Source: Rhynchobatus australiae (Eukaryota). Taken from it: 64,000 nucleotides of DNA. Positions 37,215-49,512 of the stretch are shown here, in pieces (position 1 is the stretch's first letter; each line of letters begins with the position of its first letter). The translations under genes and the position numbers were made by a program. The stretch lies in assembly GCA_034780895.1 (NCBI GenBank), contig JAUZTB010000001.1, forward strand, positions 53,300,081 through 53,364,080, given 5' to 3'. The notes below the pieces were generated by a model that saw only the letters and a program-made list of their open reading frames with translations, made no database searches and was not told the DNA's origin.

Positions 37215-37621
37215 TAACTGCAATTTTCAGCATTTTTATTAATCTTGTCAGAAATGAAGCATTTTACATACTGTGATCTAAATTACCTGATACTAATTTA
37301 AATTGATCACATGTTCCATAGCTGAGACCTGGCTCATTTTATTAGCATTTCTAGAAATAATGGCATAAGCAGTTCATGTTACTGTAGAACTTTATGAACT
37401 TTCTATAACTTGTGGTGTGAGGGGGAGAATGAAGGGAGTTTTCAAATGTGGTAAAACCACAATAGATCTAAATGTCAGTTTATGGGTAAAACCTACAATC
37501 ACTATGTCTACAAAGATAATGGTAGTGGTAGTAAACTCCATTTTCTCTATGAAATGCATACTATAATCAGTGTTTATCTATCTCTGGATTACTAAAATAG
37601 TTTTTTTTGTTTATGTGACAG

Positions 37622-37728
37622 AAAACATAGGCACATTGAAGGAGTTCTGTCAGACGATTCTAAATCATACAGAGAAGAAGAATGAAACATTGAAACCTAT
37701 AAAAATAGAGCCTGAAGATATTAGATAG
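37622..37728 (+). CDS. NAB1: NAB1 last coding exon with stop
   Basis: ttttttttgtttatgtgacag| (E)NIGTLKEFCQTILNHTEKKNETLKPIKIEPEDIR TAG (37726-37728); matches the NAB1 IKxEPED.R terminus. Confidence 0.92.
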
Positions 37729-40320
37729 CCTTTTCCCAAATCTGCCTTTTTCAAAATGGCATCGGCAAGTACCGTAACCAAAGCCTTAAAGACCAGTGTT
37801 GCCTCGTATCTGTTCCATTATTGTGGTTTTTTTTGTTTTGTCACAGTCGCTGTGGACAATGGTTTGTTAGTTCACTAGAAAACTGAATAATTTCTAAACT
37901 GTTACTTCATTGTTGGCTGTGTTCATTGAGTACTACAGCTTGTTTGAATAGTGAATCAACTTCTGAAAACTAACCTATTTAACATTATTTAAAAAAAATA
38001 ATCACTAAGAAAAGCAAACTCTAGTGAAAACGGATCACAGTGTTGAAACTAGGTAATAAACGATACATCACCTTTTTAAACTACACTGGCTTAAGAGATA
38101 GATGATGCATTGCTTTTGTCTAGAATCTAGTCTAGTTTAGCTTAATAAAACCTTCCTGCTCATTGTATNNNNNNNNNNNNNNNNNNNNNNNNNNNNNNNN
38201 NNNNNNNNNNNNNNNNNNNNNNNNNNNNNNNNNNNNNNNNNNNNNNNNNNNNNNNNNNNNNNNNNNNNNNNNNNNNNNNNNNNNNNNNNNNNNNNNNNNN
38301 NNNNNNNNNNNNNNNNNNNNNNNNNNNNNNNNNNNNNNNNNNNNNNNNNNNNNNNNNNAACTGTTCAACCTTGCAATGTATCGAAAGAGGAAGAAACTGA
38401 TGTTTGAAAGCAGGTCTGAATGTTCCTGTGCATTTCGAGCACACCTGTTGAAGTTATTTCCATTTATCAGAAGCAGTGCAAATGTTTGACTAAAATACAA
38501 CAAATGTTAGCAGGCTCCATTTTTATTTAGTTAGTTTGCAGGCCAGACATAAGAAAATTTTCACATCTCTGAATAGAGGAAAAGGGCAGATTGTGGGAGG
38601 ATATTAAACATGCCATTTTTCTATTGAGGAGAACATTTTTTTAGCATATGTTCGCATACATTATCCATCAATCTTTTATATTTTTTTTACTTTTATTACT
38701 GTGTGATTTATACTATTAATCATTTTTTAAAATCTTGCCACACCTTGATTTTTTTATTTGAAACTCCAGCCATCTGCAGATCTGATGAGAACTGGCCAAG
38801 AAGAGTTAGTGGTAAACAAAAACTTTAGTCAAGAGCACTATGTTTGCAACTTTCTTATTGAAATTAGCAGAAATAATGCTCTGATTTGGACTGCATTAAA
38901 TATTTGTGGAACATGTTTTTTTTAAACCTTTCTTTCTACTTTTTGTTCAATGTTAAACATAATGTTGCATTTTGGTTGTGGAGAATTTGGAGCAGATATT
39001 TTAATCTGTGCAGGCAGCCAAAGTGCCATATTATTTTTGCTACAGACTGATGAACAATCAATATAAAAGTAGCATTGAGGAGAAGACACACCAGGGAGGG
39101 GAAAAAAATGCAATAATGACACACACACAATGCTGATTTAATGCATTTTATTCGAACAGCTGATAGTACATTTGTGTTCATAACATGTAATAAACAACCT
39201 GGTAGCTGATTATTACATTTTAGCCAAACTTGAGTATCATTTTGTATTATCCATAGTTAACTGGAGAATAGCTGTAGAGTTATAGTGGCAGATTAGCTAA
39301 AAGGGGATTGAAAGCAATTCCCTGTGGTACAATTCAATTAATTTAAAAACTGTTGTACATTGTTGCCATGAAATGTTCTTGTGAATTTTGACCTGTAATG
39401 TACTGATGTTACTATAATGTCTAGATTGTTAGCCAGTAGTATGTTAGAACATAATTTTAAACTGTCTCCCTCATAACCCTTTAGCAACTGTAAAGTGATG
39501 ATCACAGTACACATACTCTAATATAATCAGTAATATGTTGTGCTAATTTTATTGTTTCCTTTTGGAATTCAATTTAATGAACATTACAAGGGTCCAAGGA
39601 TATCTGGGAGAATGGCTATTGTTCTAATGGTCTGTACTGTACTGAAATTGTTACTTAATTGACAAATAGGCCAGTGTTAATTATTCTGAGTGGTCTGAAA
39701 ATACAGCATAAGATGTTTTGGATAAACACTAATGTATTTAATTTGTAATATAAACATTAAAATATATTTTTGGAGTTCTGATTTGCTGTCCATGGTTTAT
39801 ATTCTTAAATTTCTCAAATCCTGCCTGAACTGTAATTGTAGAATATTTAAAGTCTTTATTGGCAGTAGATTACAGCAACTGGCAATGATTGAATCTGATG
39901 CAAAGCACTCTCCATGCTGGAAATATATCTTAATCCTCTCTTCAGATGGGAACGTGACTCCATTATGATGTTTGTCAATCCTAACTCTGTGTGGTCTTTC
40001 TGAATAAGGTGAGCTCTTCAATGCTGAATTTTAAGACCTTTTAACTGTAATGTTGTACCTAATAGATAACCTAAGAAAAATCAAAAGCCAACCATCTAAG
40101 AGGGAGTGCATATATAAAAAAAAACTATTGACCAACATATCTAGATATTATCCAATTATCATGACCATTGAATAACATGAATCTAATCAGGGCTTGATGT
40201 TTTAAATTTTTACTGATGCTTTGCTGATCACTTTGCAATTCCATCCTTTTATCCAGTCAGTGTCAAAACTTGCATGAACAATCTTACACCATAATAAATT
40301 TGTAATTTAAGCTGAAAGTA
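37729..40320 (+). other. NAB1: NAB1 3' UTR (end approximate)
   Basis: AT-rich stretch after the stop with no recognisable repeat, unlike the introns; AATAAA at 38055, 38144, 39189 and 40293; one N gap (38169-38358). Confidence 0.6.
40293..40298 (+). terminator. Candidate distal polyadenylation signal
   Basis: AATAAA at the end of the AT-rich block, followed by a pyrimidine/T-rich stretch. Confidence 0.45.
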
Positions 40321-41901
40321 TATCCAGCTTTTCTCCCATTTTAGAACCATTTACTCATCAGGAGTGTGGACGTGTACATATACCTGAGCAACTCGTAGCT
40401 CCATAGCTCCCTTAATACTTGAACGTTCCTTTTCCCTGCCTTGTCTGTGTGTGTGTGTGTATATAGATTCAAACTGACGTAAATGGTGCTGACAATGATT
40501 ATACATTTCTGATTTATGCCAGTATTGAACATTTCATTGAACTGACTGTGTGGTGTGTTGCTTGTCCTGAACACTGCCACACAACTGGATACGAGGTTCG
40601 GGCAAGATTACTGAATGTGGAATTCCCGTGCTGTGTGTAAGTCAATTTTACAAAGAAGGTTTCAAACAATGAAGGGCATCTGCACGAGCAAAGGGCCAAA
40701 CACCTATATATAGTATACGTCTCCATGAGACCACTTATCAGAACAGTGCATTTGCACATGCAATTGTGCAGATATGTTGCTGCGCTATTAGACTATGTGT
40801 TACAACCCAAGACTCCACGAGATCAGAAACTCTGGAAATGGGGAAAAGATGTTAAAGGCTTTGGCACAGATGCAGATTTTGATACAGGGCAGAAAATGCA
40901 ACTTAGTCCATGTATCCTTAAAAATGATAAGTAATTAACTGATGTACCCCTTCATAAAAACAAGCCCAGATCTATTTGTTTCTTCTTATGAGCTTTGCTG
41001 ACTGATCCATGTCCATGAAAATGGCCTAATAACTGCAGTAGCCTTGTACTTAATTTTTCCTTTGCTTGTCAATGGTACTGGTAAGATTGCATTTATTGTT
41101 CCATCCTAGTTGCCCGAAGTTAATGAGTTGGTCCACCACTCATGATGATGTTAGATAGGGACTTCCAGTATGTAGTGAAGGAATGGAAATACACTTTCAA
41201 GTTAAGTGGTGCATAACCTTGAGTGGTTTCTGGAAGTAAGATTTCCTTGATTACGTCTATTTCCCTTCTTGTGGTAGAGATTTATGTGACAGGGAAGTGG
41301 TATTGAAGCCAAATAGCAGATGTAGATTATATAAATAATGCACATTTAATTACCAGCTGCTGATGTTAAAGCAAATGGGTATTGAGTTGATCAACAGAGA
41401 TACTGATGTTATGAATTATTCTGTTCTGCATGATATTGAGCTTCCTTTATGGGCATCTCTAGTAGTCAACAACTTCTGATCACTAATAAAAGACTACTGA
41501 TCTAAGATGTTAACCCTTCTTGTTTCTCTTTCCACAAATGAGGCTTGACCTGATTAAGAATGTGAAAGCACTGAATATTCTTTTTGGATTTCTGGCATCA
41601 GCAGTATTTTGCATCACTTCATCCCGTAGTATTTCGTTTCAGCTTTATGGCTGGAATCCATGGGATACAAAATTTTACTTGCCATCTGGTTTAATCCAAG
41701 GTGTTGTAGCCAGTATAATTTGCTTAACATTCAGATATGTTAAAGGAAATGTGGTTTTGGAAGTAAACAATCCCACTTCTGATCACCATTGGTGAAGATA
41801 TTAGGTGAGGAACATTGGGCTGTTATTGCAGGATTCCCTTGATGCATTGGTTTGGTCTCTGATACATGGGCCATCATCCTGTTTACTACGTAAGGCAGCA
41901 T

Positions 41902-42030
41902 CAGTCCTGATGAAGGGTCTCAGCTCAACGTTGACTGTTCATTTCCCTCCATAGATGCTGCCTGACCTGCTGAGTTCTTCAGCATTTTGTGTGTGTTGCT
42001 CCAGATTTTCAACATCTGCAGTATCTCCTG
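41902..42030 (+). mobile_element. Penelope-like terminal repeat starting at the hammerhead-like motif
   Basis: CAGTC CTGATGA AGGGTCTCAGCTC AACGTT GACTG ttcatttccctccatagatgctgcctgacctgctgagttc. Confidence 0.8.
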
Positions 42031-43639
42031 TATCTCCATCCTGGTTACATTACTGTAGCTATTGAGATGATTTTTCCTCATCTCTATTAACTTCACTTGT
42101 TCTGTGACTCTTGGTTCCATATCCTTTGAGTTCCCTAGGCTAGCAAAGATATCATCCACTCTAGATCTTAAGATAGTGATTGATCTCGTGTCCCACTACT
42201 TTGTGTAGACACACCTCCACCACTCTTAGATTTAAGGAGTATGTTCCTGGCCTTAATTTTCAGAAATCTCCTGGTATGATGCTTTTGTGTTCTACAAAGG
42301 CATTTACCAAGTATAACATGGTTTTCATAAAATATGTGATAAGAACTTGAATCGCCAATGCACAAAGGCTATGGGCTAAATGCAGATAAATGGGACTAGT
42401 ATAGATGGGCCAAAGGGCCTGTTTCTGTGTTGTATGACTCTGTTAAAGGTTCCCCATCCACATGACATACTCACCTCCAGNNNNNNNNNNNNNNNNNNNN
42501 NNNNNNNNNNNNNNNNNNNNNNNNNNNNNNNNNNNNNNNNNNNNNNNNNNNNNNNNNNNNNNNNNNNNNNNNNNNNNNNNNNNNNNNNNNNNNNNNNNNN
42601 NNNNNNNNNNNNNNNNNNNNNNNNNNNNNNNNNNNNNNNNNNNNNNNNNNNCCATAACCAATGAGCTCCTTTTAAAATAGTTACTTTCAAAAGGCAGATG
42701 CAGGAGCTCACCACTATGAGATCTCCATGATCTTCTTCAAAAGCGACCAGACAATCCACCCCTCCCCACCCAACCAACCAATTGTGATCTCCCTCGCGCA
42801 TCTCCATTGATGGTCTGACACACTGCTGAGGTCTTGATTTGTATTTCAATCTTTGTTCCACGATTTATCTGAGTCTTGGGCCTTGTGTGCAATAGATTAT
42901 TGCTGCAGTTTCCCAAATACAAAACATGCATTGGTCCACCAGGCACAGTTGGTTCAGCGTGCCTTTCAAGCAATGGAACAAATTCTAAGCCTATTGGTTC
43001 CCTCTGCTATATTCTTTCTTCCACCAGCAGAGCAAGGTTGTAGCTACTTGCTTTCTACCTTATTCTGAAAAGGCACAATGAAAATTCCACTTGATCTTTG
43101 ATATATGAGAGAATGCAACCTCAGTATATGTAATCTTTCCTCAAAGCCCTGAAATGCGCTGAGGAACCTGCATGGTTCTCCTGCCAAGCCAATATAAGGT
43201 GTGATGCCTAAAACTATACATGTTCATGCTGAGTCATTAAAGAATGAAGCTCAGAGACATCTGACAGAGTGCTGAATTTTCTTCATTTTTCTCTTGCACC
43301 TTTAGTGGGGAGGCTAAGTAGAACTGTCAGTGTGGCTTAATGATGAAATTCTCACCATTGAGTCAGGAGGTTATGAATTTAAACCACTCGTTAGGCATGT
43401 ATTTCTTTAGAGTTTCTGAAATATTATCCCCTTGTGAATCTTGGACTGCAGGGACACCACATTCCGCCTGCAATCTTGTTTTTGTCCAACATCCACATTT
43501 GTGTAATAATGTGCATATTTTTAGTTGTCACTCAAGGTGTCTTTCATTCAGAAACATGGAAGCTAATTGTGGTGACATTATTATCCCACTTAACCTAGAC
43601 TAATATTTCTGCGAAGTTCTACGTGGGTATCATATTGCT

Positions 43640-43912
43640 GGAGTCTGCAGGATGAGGCATTAAATGAAGGTGAATATGCCTGTTAGGCTGATGTTGTGGA
43701 TTCTAGTTTTTGAAGAAGATCATGGTGAGCTCCTGCATCTGCCTTTTGAAAGTAACTATTTTAAAAGGAGCTCATTGGTTATGANNNNNNNNNNNNNNNN
43801 NNNNNNNNNNNNNNNNNNNNNNNNNNNNNNNNNNNNNNNNNNNNNNNNNNNNNNNNNNNNNNNNNNNNNNNNNGGTATCGTGAAGAACTCTCTAAATCTC
43901 TGGGTTCTTTTA
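43640..43912 (+). mobile_element. Very decayed Deu-type SINE spanning a gap
   Basis: gatgaggcattaaatgaagg..tttgaagaaga..gtaactattttaaaaggagctcattgg..tcgtgaagaactctctaaat follows the same order as the 11790 copy. Confidence 0.4.
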
Positions 43913-44604
43913 CTTTCTCCTTTACAGGCTTTTCTTAAGAGCAATGGTCATTACTTGACATTCTTAGAACTTCTGACGACGAGTGTTGGAAGGCTCTTTC
44001 ACCAAGCAGGGCATCATGGGCCATGCTTATCCTGTCCTTACAAATCTACTTTTCCTGACTTAGGCTCTCATTCCTCATTATGATCAGGGAAGAGAGCCCT
44101 GGACAATTTTCATTTCTTTTATCATTGAGCGATGAGATCAACTACAATGTTCAACATCGAATCAATTTACACAATGGAGCCTACTCACTCCTTTTTACAG
44201 CATCCGTCTGTGAATGGGGATGGCTTGATGATTCGATCCATCTTTTGGGACTATGGTCGGTTAGAGGTGCTGAGTTTGCAATGTGGCAGTGGCATAACAC
44301 CATGAGTATAAATTTGACCCTGCCAATTTTACATTCAATGCTTTGAATTTTGTGGTCAGACCACAATTTGCAGCAAAGAGATGTTGAACTATTAAATCAA
44401 TATTATTTTTTTCTTGTATTGCTGGAAAGCAAATGCCAAAACTGCTTTCATACAAAGGCAATTCCAAAAGAAGCCCATTTTGTAGAACAAGCCCACATTA
44501 AAATACCTTCACTGTTAAATTTAACGGTTTTTCCATGGCATAGAGAGCTAACCACCGAACATGTGGGCTTTTGGATTAAAGTAGCACCAGAGAATGTGCT
44601 GAGT

Positions 44605-44902
44605 CAGTGGTTTCCAGTCTTGAATGAAACCCCCACTTGTTTGTACCTGGTAAAATTAGCACTCCTCCAAATAAAGATGTTATGGACTGCTTTTTTTTTA
44701 AAGATTTGGGACCACCAAGCGGCCTGATTGCTGGGACAGCTAGTTTGCCAACTATGCTTTTATTTATTCTTCCCTTTTTTGTGATTTTTTTTTTCTAACT
44801 AAATTACCTTAAAATTATTTGAGCCCGACAGGCCCTCTGTACTTTTTGGACCATCTGCACCCCAGTCTCTGCACCCGAGGGACCCCAGGTTGGGAACCAC
44901 TG
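44605..44902. mobile_element. hAT-like MITE, ~298 bp
   Basis: CAGTGGTTTCCAGTCTTG ... CCAGGTTGGGAACCACTG imperfect TIRs (14/18); no clear 8 bp TSD left. Confidence 0.55.
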
Positions 44903-47164
44903 AGCCACTAATTAATCATGTTTCACGTTCTGTGAACATTTCCATCCACTGTGATGAGTAGTGTGACAAGCACAAATGTGATGGAAATGTCAAAATCATA
45001 CTATGTCAAAGAAGATATCTGTACTAGCATGATCTGAGGAATTAGCTGTCAGGTCTTTGCATGGATAGTTACATTTCGAGCAGATGGGATCTGAGTTTGT
45101 ATCTTGTCATCTTCCACAGTCTGGATAATACACTCACTGTGAATTTTTGTTTAATCTGGATTAATTTTAAACATTGGTACTTAGATTTACCATTTAAAAT
45201 CGTAGGTTATCTTAAATTTTAAGGGTCATTATGTTGATGAAACAACGATTTGGAAAATATTTTTTGTGATACGTCGGGCTGACAGAAGTGACACAATTCA
45301 AATTACTGTCAGGCAGTTTTTCCATTGGTCAATGACTCTTTAAGGCTGCTTTCCATTCTGATAGTTGGACTCTAAAATTAAACTTTATTTATTTAAATTA
45401 CATTTTTAATAAAATGATGAAGAAAAAATGCCTGCTAATTAAGAATACCAAACATTTTTGGCAAGCAACTTTCATCATTGTACCGCTATAGATACACATA
45501 CCTGTGTAAAAAAGACATTGTCAAGATTTCACTATCTTCTCATCTGCTAGGAACATGTTTGTGTGAAACTGGACAGACAGTTTAGAACCTGTGAGGGAAA
45601 TCAATCTCATGATTGAGCCTGACTGAGCCTAGGGGGAATTGCATTGGCTTTGGTGCAACAACTATTTTAACACTGCAGCTAAATGCTTTACTTTTATCAT
45701 GTGAAACTCATTACATCTTGGCACAATATTGAAAGAATACGGTTTGTTTTTTATATTTCCCTGTTATTCACTACTGAGCACCATCTTTATAATACACCAA
45801 CTTGATTTCTAGCATTAATTAATAAAAAAAAGTTGGTCATGTGGATTCATCTGTAAATCTGAATGAACATCCATTTAATACTTCAGCTTGCAAGACTCAC
45901 CCCAGGATCAGTCATCAGTCTACATATTAGTTGGCCAATAACCCAATTCCTTCTCATTCACTCAAGTTGCCCAATTTTTTAATATGGTCCTAGGCCTTTG
46001 TAATACCAAACACAAGTAGTAATATAGAAAAAAATACCCAAATTATCTGACATTTAATCAGTGAATGACTACTTTTCTATTTAAATATGCCCAGTAACTG
46101 TTACTTAAAGATACTCAATCCAAAATAGTGAGATTCAATGTTTAAAATATACTTTTCCTAACTGAATAAACAGCATCTTAACATGCATCTCTGTATTAAA
46201 TATACTCCTTTGTTTAACTATTTTGTTCAACAAGTGCCGTAAATTACTCAGGTTGTGTCACCTGCAAAGTCCACTACCATACCAGGCCTTGGATATGTTC
46301 CCCTTCCCAACAAGTTAATATGCCATCCTCTCCTCCAGTCCACCCTTTTCTGTACAACAAAATAACATACATGTAACCTTACACCCAAAGAGAAGCATTG
46401 TGCCAAGATTTTATAGTGCTCTATTTAACAAGAACTAAAAGAAAGTACTTGCCAGCCAGGCAAAATGGATATAAATTTATCATTTATGATAGATTCTAAA
46501 ATAAATTGGACAGAACCAAAAACTTAGGTAACTATCTACCAGGAATGTTCAACCCGAAATTATATTTTTTTCTAACAGTGGATTAATGTATCGGCAGTCG
46601 ATGGCACAATGAGCAACAACAATTTTTCCTGCAACTGACCATAATCATAATCGATTACTAAAAGCATTTAATTATGGAAATTCAGAAAATTTACTGACAT
46701 AACTGAGTGGTTTGATAATGCTGTCATCAATCTATGTTGATTGTAAAACATCAACTTTGGTTTCTTTTATATTTCATTTCCCTGTGGTCAGTTTTTTGAT
46801 ATTCTAATGCTAAAGTCTTCAATATATAGGTTTGTCAGGTATAACTTCTGTTGCTTTGAAGATGAAAGTTCCTGAGTAATCAAAGAAGAAATTATGTTAT
46901 AATTGTCACACAGCTGCTGGGCATTGGGCTCATGTTCCTGTTCCTTTATTTCAGAGTCGATCAAGATTAAATGACCTATTTCTCTGAAGAAAAACTGAAA
47001 TGTCAGAGAAGATATCATTCTGTTGCAATAAATGCAGGTCAATTGATGTAAAGAACACTTCAATTTTAGTAGTCATAATTTATCTTTGATTTGTGTGTCA
47101 TAAGCATTCTGCTTCTGTTTGGAGCTGTCTCTTCAATAATAAAGTCATGTATTTCTTTTCTTAC

Positions 47165-47397
47165 AAGCTCTTCAATGAAGTAATGATGGGGGTTGATGAA
47201 GGTAGTGTGGCGCAAGTTGTATGTCTGAATTTTCACAAGGAGTTTAACATATTACCAAAATATGTTCAAAAAATAAAAGCACAAAAAATTAAAGGGATGG
47301 TGGAAACTTCAGTATATAGTTGTCTTAAGGAAAGGAGGCAGGAGTAATGAGCTATTTCCTTCTCTGGGGTAAGTATAAAGTGGTGTTCCCTGGGATT
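47165..47397 (+). mobile_element. Old CR1 RT fragment, left half of the host of the nested insertion
   Basis: FNEVMMGVDEGSVAQVVCLNFHKEF..KIKAQKIKG, ending in SGVP. Confidence 0.75.
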
Positions 47398-47399
47398 AA

Positions 47400-47660
47400 A
47401 TAAAAAGAGGGAGGTGTTTGGTAGAATCAGAAGTGTGCTCCAGGGAGTTGCAAAGGGAATAATCCCTTCAAAATGCTGAAAAGAGAGAAGAGGGGAAGAT
47501 GTGCCTGGTGGTGGAATCTCTTTGAAGGTGGCAGAAATTGCAGAGAATAATATGTTGAACGCAGCAGCTGGTGGAATGGAAGGTGAGGACAGAGGGATCT
47601 CTATCCTTGTTCTGCCCTGGAGGTGTGGGGGTGAAAACAGAGGCACAGGAAATGAACGGG
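47400..47660 (-). mobile_element. Penelope-like element, inverted segment (RT C-terminal/linker region); continues at 48473-48515
   Basis: Minus-strand translation QNKDRDPSVLTFHSTS..QHIILCNFCHLQRDSTTRHIFPS..SAF*RDYSLCNSL; the piece NSGFPSTIVNKALN lies at 48473-48515. Confidence 0.8.
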
Positions 47661-48472
47661 AATCAGCATATGGGAGAAATATAGGACACCTGGTCGAGTG
47701 GTGCCGCATCAACAACCTCTTGCTCAACGTCAGTAAAACTAAAGACTGACTTAAAAACTTCACAAAGGGGAAGGAGGGTGAATGTACTCCAGCCTACATT
47801 GGTGGATTGGTAGTGGAGATGGTCATCAGCTTTAAATTCTTGGGTGTTAATGTATCGGATGACCTGTCCTGGGCCGAGCACATAGATGCAATCACGAGGA
47901 AGGCGCGCTAGCATCTTTACTTTCCTAGAAGGTTAAGGAGGTTCGGCATGTCACTGAACACTCTAAAAAGCTTCTACAGATGTACTGTTGAAAGTATTCT
48001 GACTGGTTGCATCATGGTCTGGTATGACAATTTGAATGCGCGGGAACATAAGAAGCTGCCGAGAGTTGTGGACTCTGCCTAATACATCACCGGCACATCC
48101 CTCCCCACCACTAGTATCTACAGGAGGCAACGCCTCAAGGAGACAATATCTATCATCAAAGATCCCTCACCATCTAGGCCATGCCATCTTTTCACAGCTA
48201 CCATCAGGCAGGAGGTACAGAAGCCTAAAGTGCCACACCACCAGGTTCAAGAGCAGCTACTGTCCTTCCCTTCAACCATTTGGTTCTTGAACCAACCTGC
48301 GCAACCCTAATCACTGCCAAGGTGTTCTTTCTTGTAAAAATTGTATATAATTTGTTTTTCTTGTGAATGTTACGTCTCTGATGCTATGTGCCTGTGATAC
48401 TGCTGCAAGTAAGTTTTTCATCACACCTGTGCATACATGTATATATGTACATATGACAATAAACTCAACTTT
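47660..48472 (+). mobile_element. Rex1/Babar-like LINE inserted in the Penelope element
   Basis: LVEWCRINNLLLNVSKTK, FKFLGV..SDDLSW, FYRCTVESILTGCI..WY, LPSGRRYRSLK.HTTRFKSSY; AATAAA tail. Confidence 0.88.
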
Positions 48473-48514
48473 GATTAAGAGCTTTGTTAACAATGGTAGA
48501 GGGGAAGCCACTGT

Positions 48515-48720
48515 TCTGTTTCCACCAACCATCCCCCTTCTTATGGCACTATCCCTTGCAACTGCAGGTGATGCAAAACTTATCCTTCCACCTCTTCCCT
48601 TCCCACCATCCAGGGACCCAAACAGCGTTTCCAGGAAGAAGCAATTATTCACTTGCACTTCTTCCAGTCTAGTGTACCACATTTGGTGTTCACCATGTGG
48701 CCTTCTCTACACTGGAGAAC
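48515..48720 (+). mobile_element. Penelope-like element, Cys-rich linker and start of the GIY-YIG endonuclease
   Basis: GTIPCNCR*CKT and FTCTSSSLVYHIWCSPCGLLYTGE (VY..C..C..YIG pattern). Confidence 0.85.
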
Positions 48721-48724
48721 ATCG

Positions 48725-49411
48725 GGAACAAGAGGGTAAGGCAGAGAAACAGTAGGTCACCTTAGGGGTACTCTATGTGTGGAGGCAGGCGATGTAAATA
48801 AATACCTCTCTGTATTCACCGAGGACATGGAGGATAGTGAGTTCAGGAGGGGTGCGTGGATATCCTGGAGCAGGTAAGTATCAAGAGACATTAGATGTCA
48901 TGGGACATATTGGTTGATAAATCCCCATTGCCATATGAGATTGCAAAGCAAATAAGGAGGTTGCTGGGACCTACGATGGAGATTTTTGCACCGTTGTTCA
49001 TCATAGGTGAGGTACAAGAAGACTGGAAGATAGCTAATGNNNNNNNNNNTTCACTTGGGGAAGCAGCAATAAGGCAGCTAATTACAGGCCAGCGAGCTTT
49101 TCAGCGGTGGTGAGGAAGTTATTGGAGAAAATCCTAAGGAATAGGATTTATCCACACTTGGAAAGGCAGGGGCTGATCAGGGATAGTCAGCATGGCTTCA
49201 TGTGGGGGAAATCCTGTCTCACTAATGTGATTTGAGATTTTGAGGAGATAACTAAGATTGAAGCAGGGTGATAGATGTCATTTATACGGACTTTAGTAAG
49301 GCATTTGACATGCCCTGTATGGTAGGCTGGTCCAGAAGATTAAAGCACACAGGATCCAAGGCAAGCTGGCTAACTGGATCCAAAATTGGCTTGGTGATGG
49401 GAAGCAGAGGG
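48725..49411 (+). mobile_element. CR1 RT fragment interrupting the Penelope endonuclease
   Basis: GEVQEDWKIAN, LEKILRNRIYPHLERQGLIRDSQHGF..GKSCLTN, DVIYTDFSKAFD; runs into a gap. Confidence 0.85.
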
Positions 49412-49512
49412 NNNNNNNNNNNNNNNNNNNNNNNNNNNNNNNNNNNNNNNNNNNNNNNNNNNNNNNNNNNNNNNNNNNNNNNNNNNNNNNNNNNNNNNNN
49501 NNNNNNNNNNNT

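Larger units (their letters stand above)
3191..37728 (+). other. NAB1: NAB1 gene, start to stop codon; 7 coding exons, 516 aa predicted. Promoter and first non-coding exon(s) probably lie upstream of the window
   Basis: Exon lengths 819+134+52+120+166+153+107=1551 nt join in frame with GT-AG introns. The protein has NCD1, NCD2 and a NAB1-type C-terminus (ERRLSA, PLNLR, ELSRLY, IKIEPEDIR*). The N-terminus [15 protein letters not shown] starts directly at NCD1, as in NAB1, without the NAB2 extension. Confidence 0.95.
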
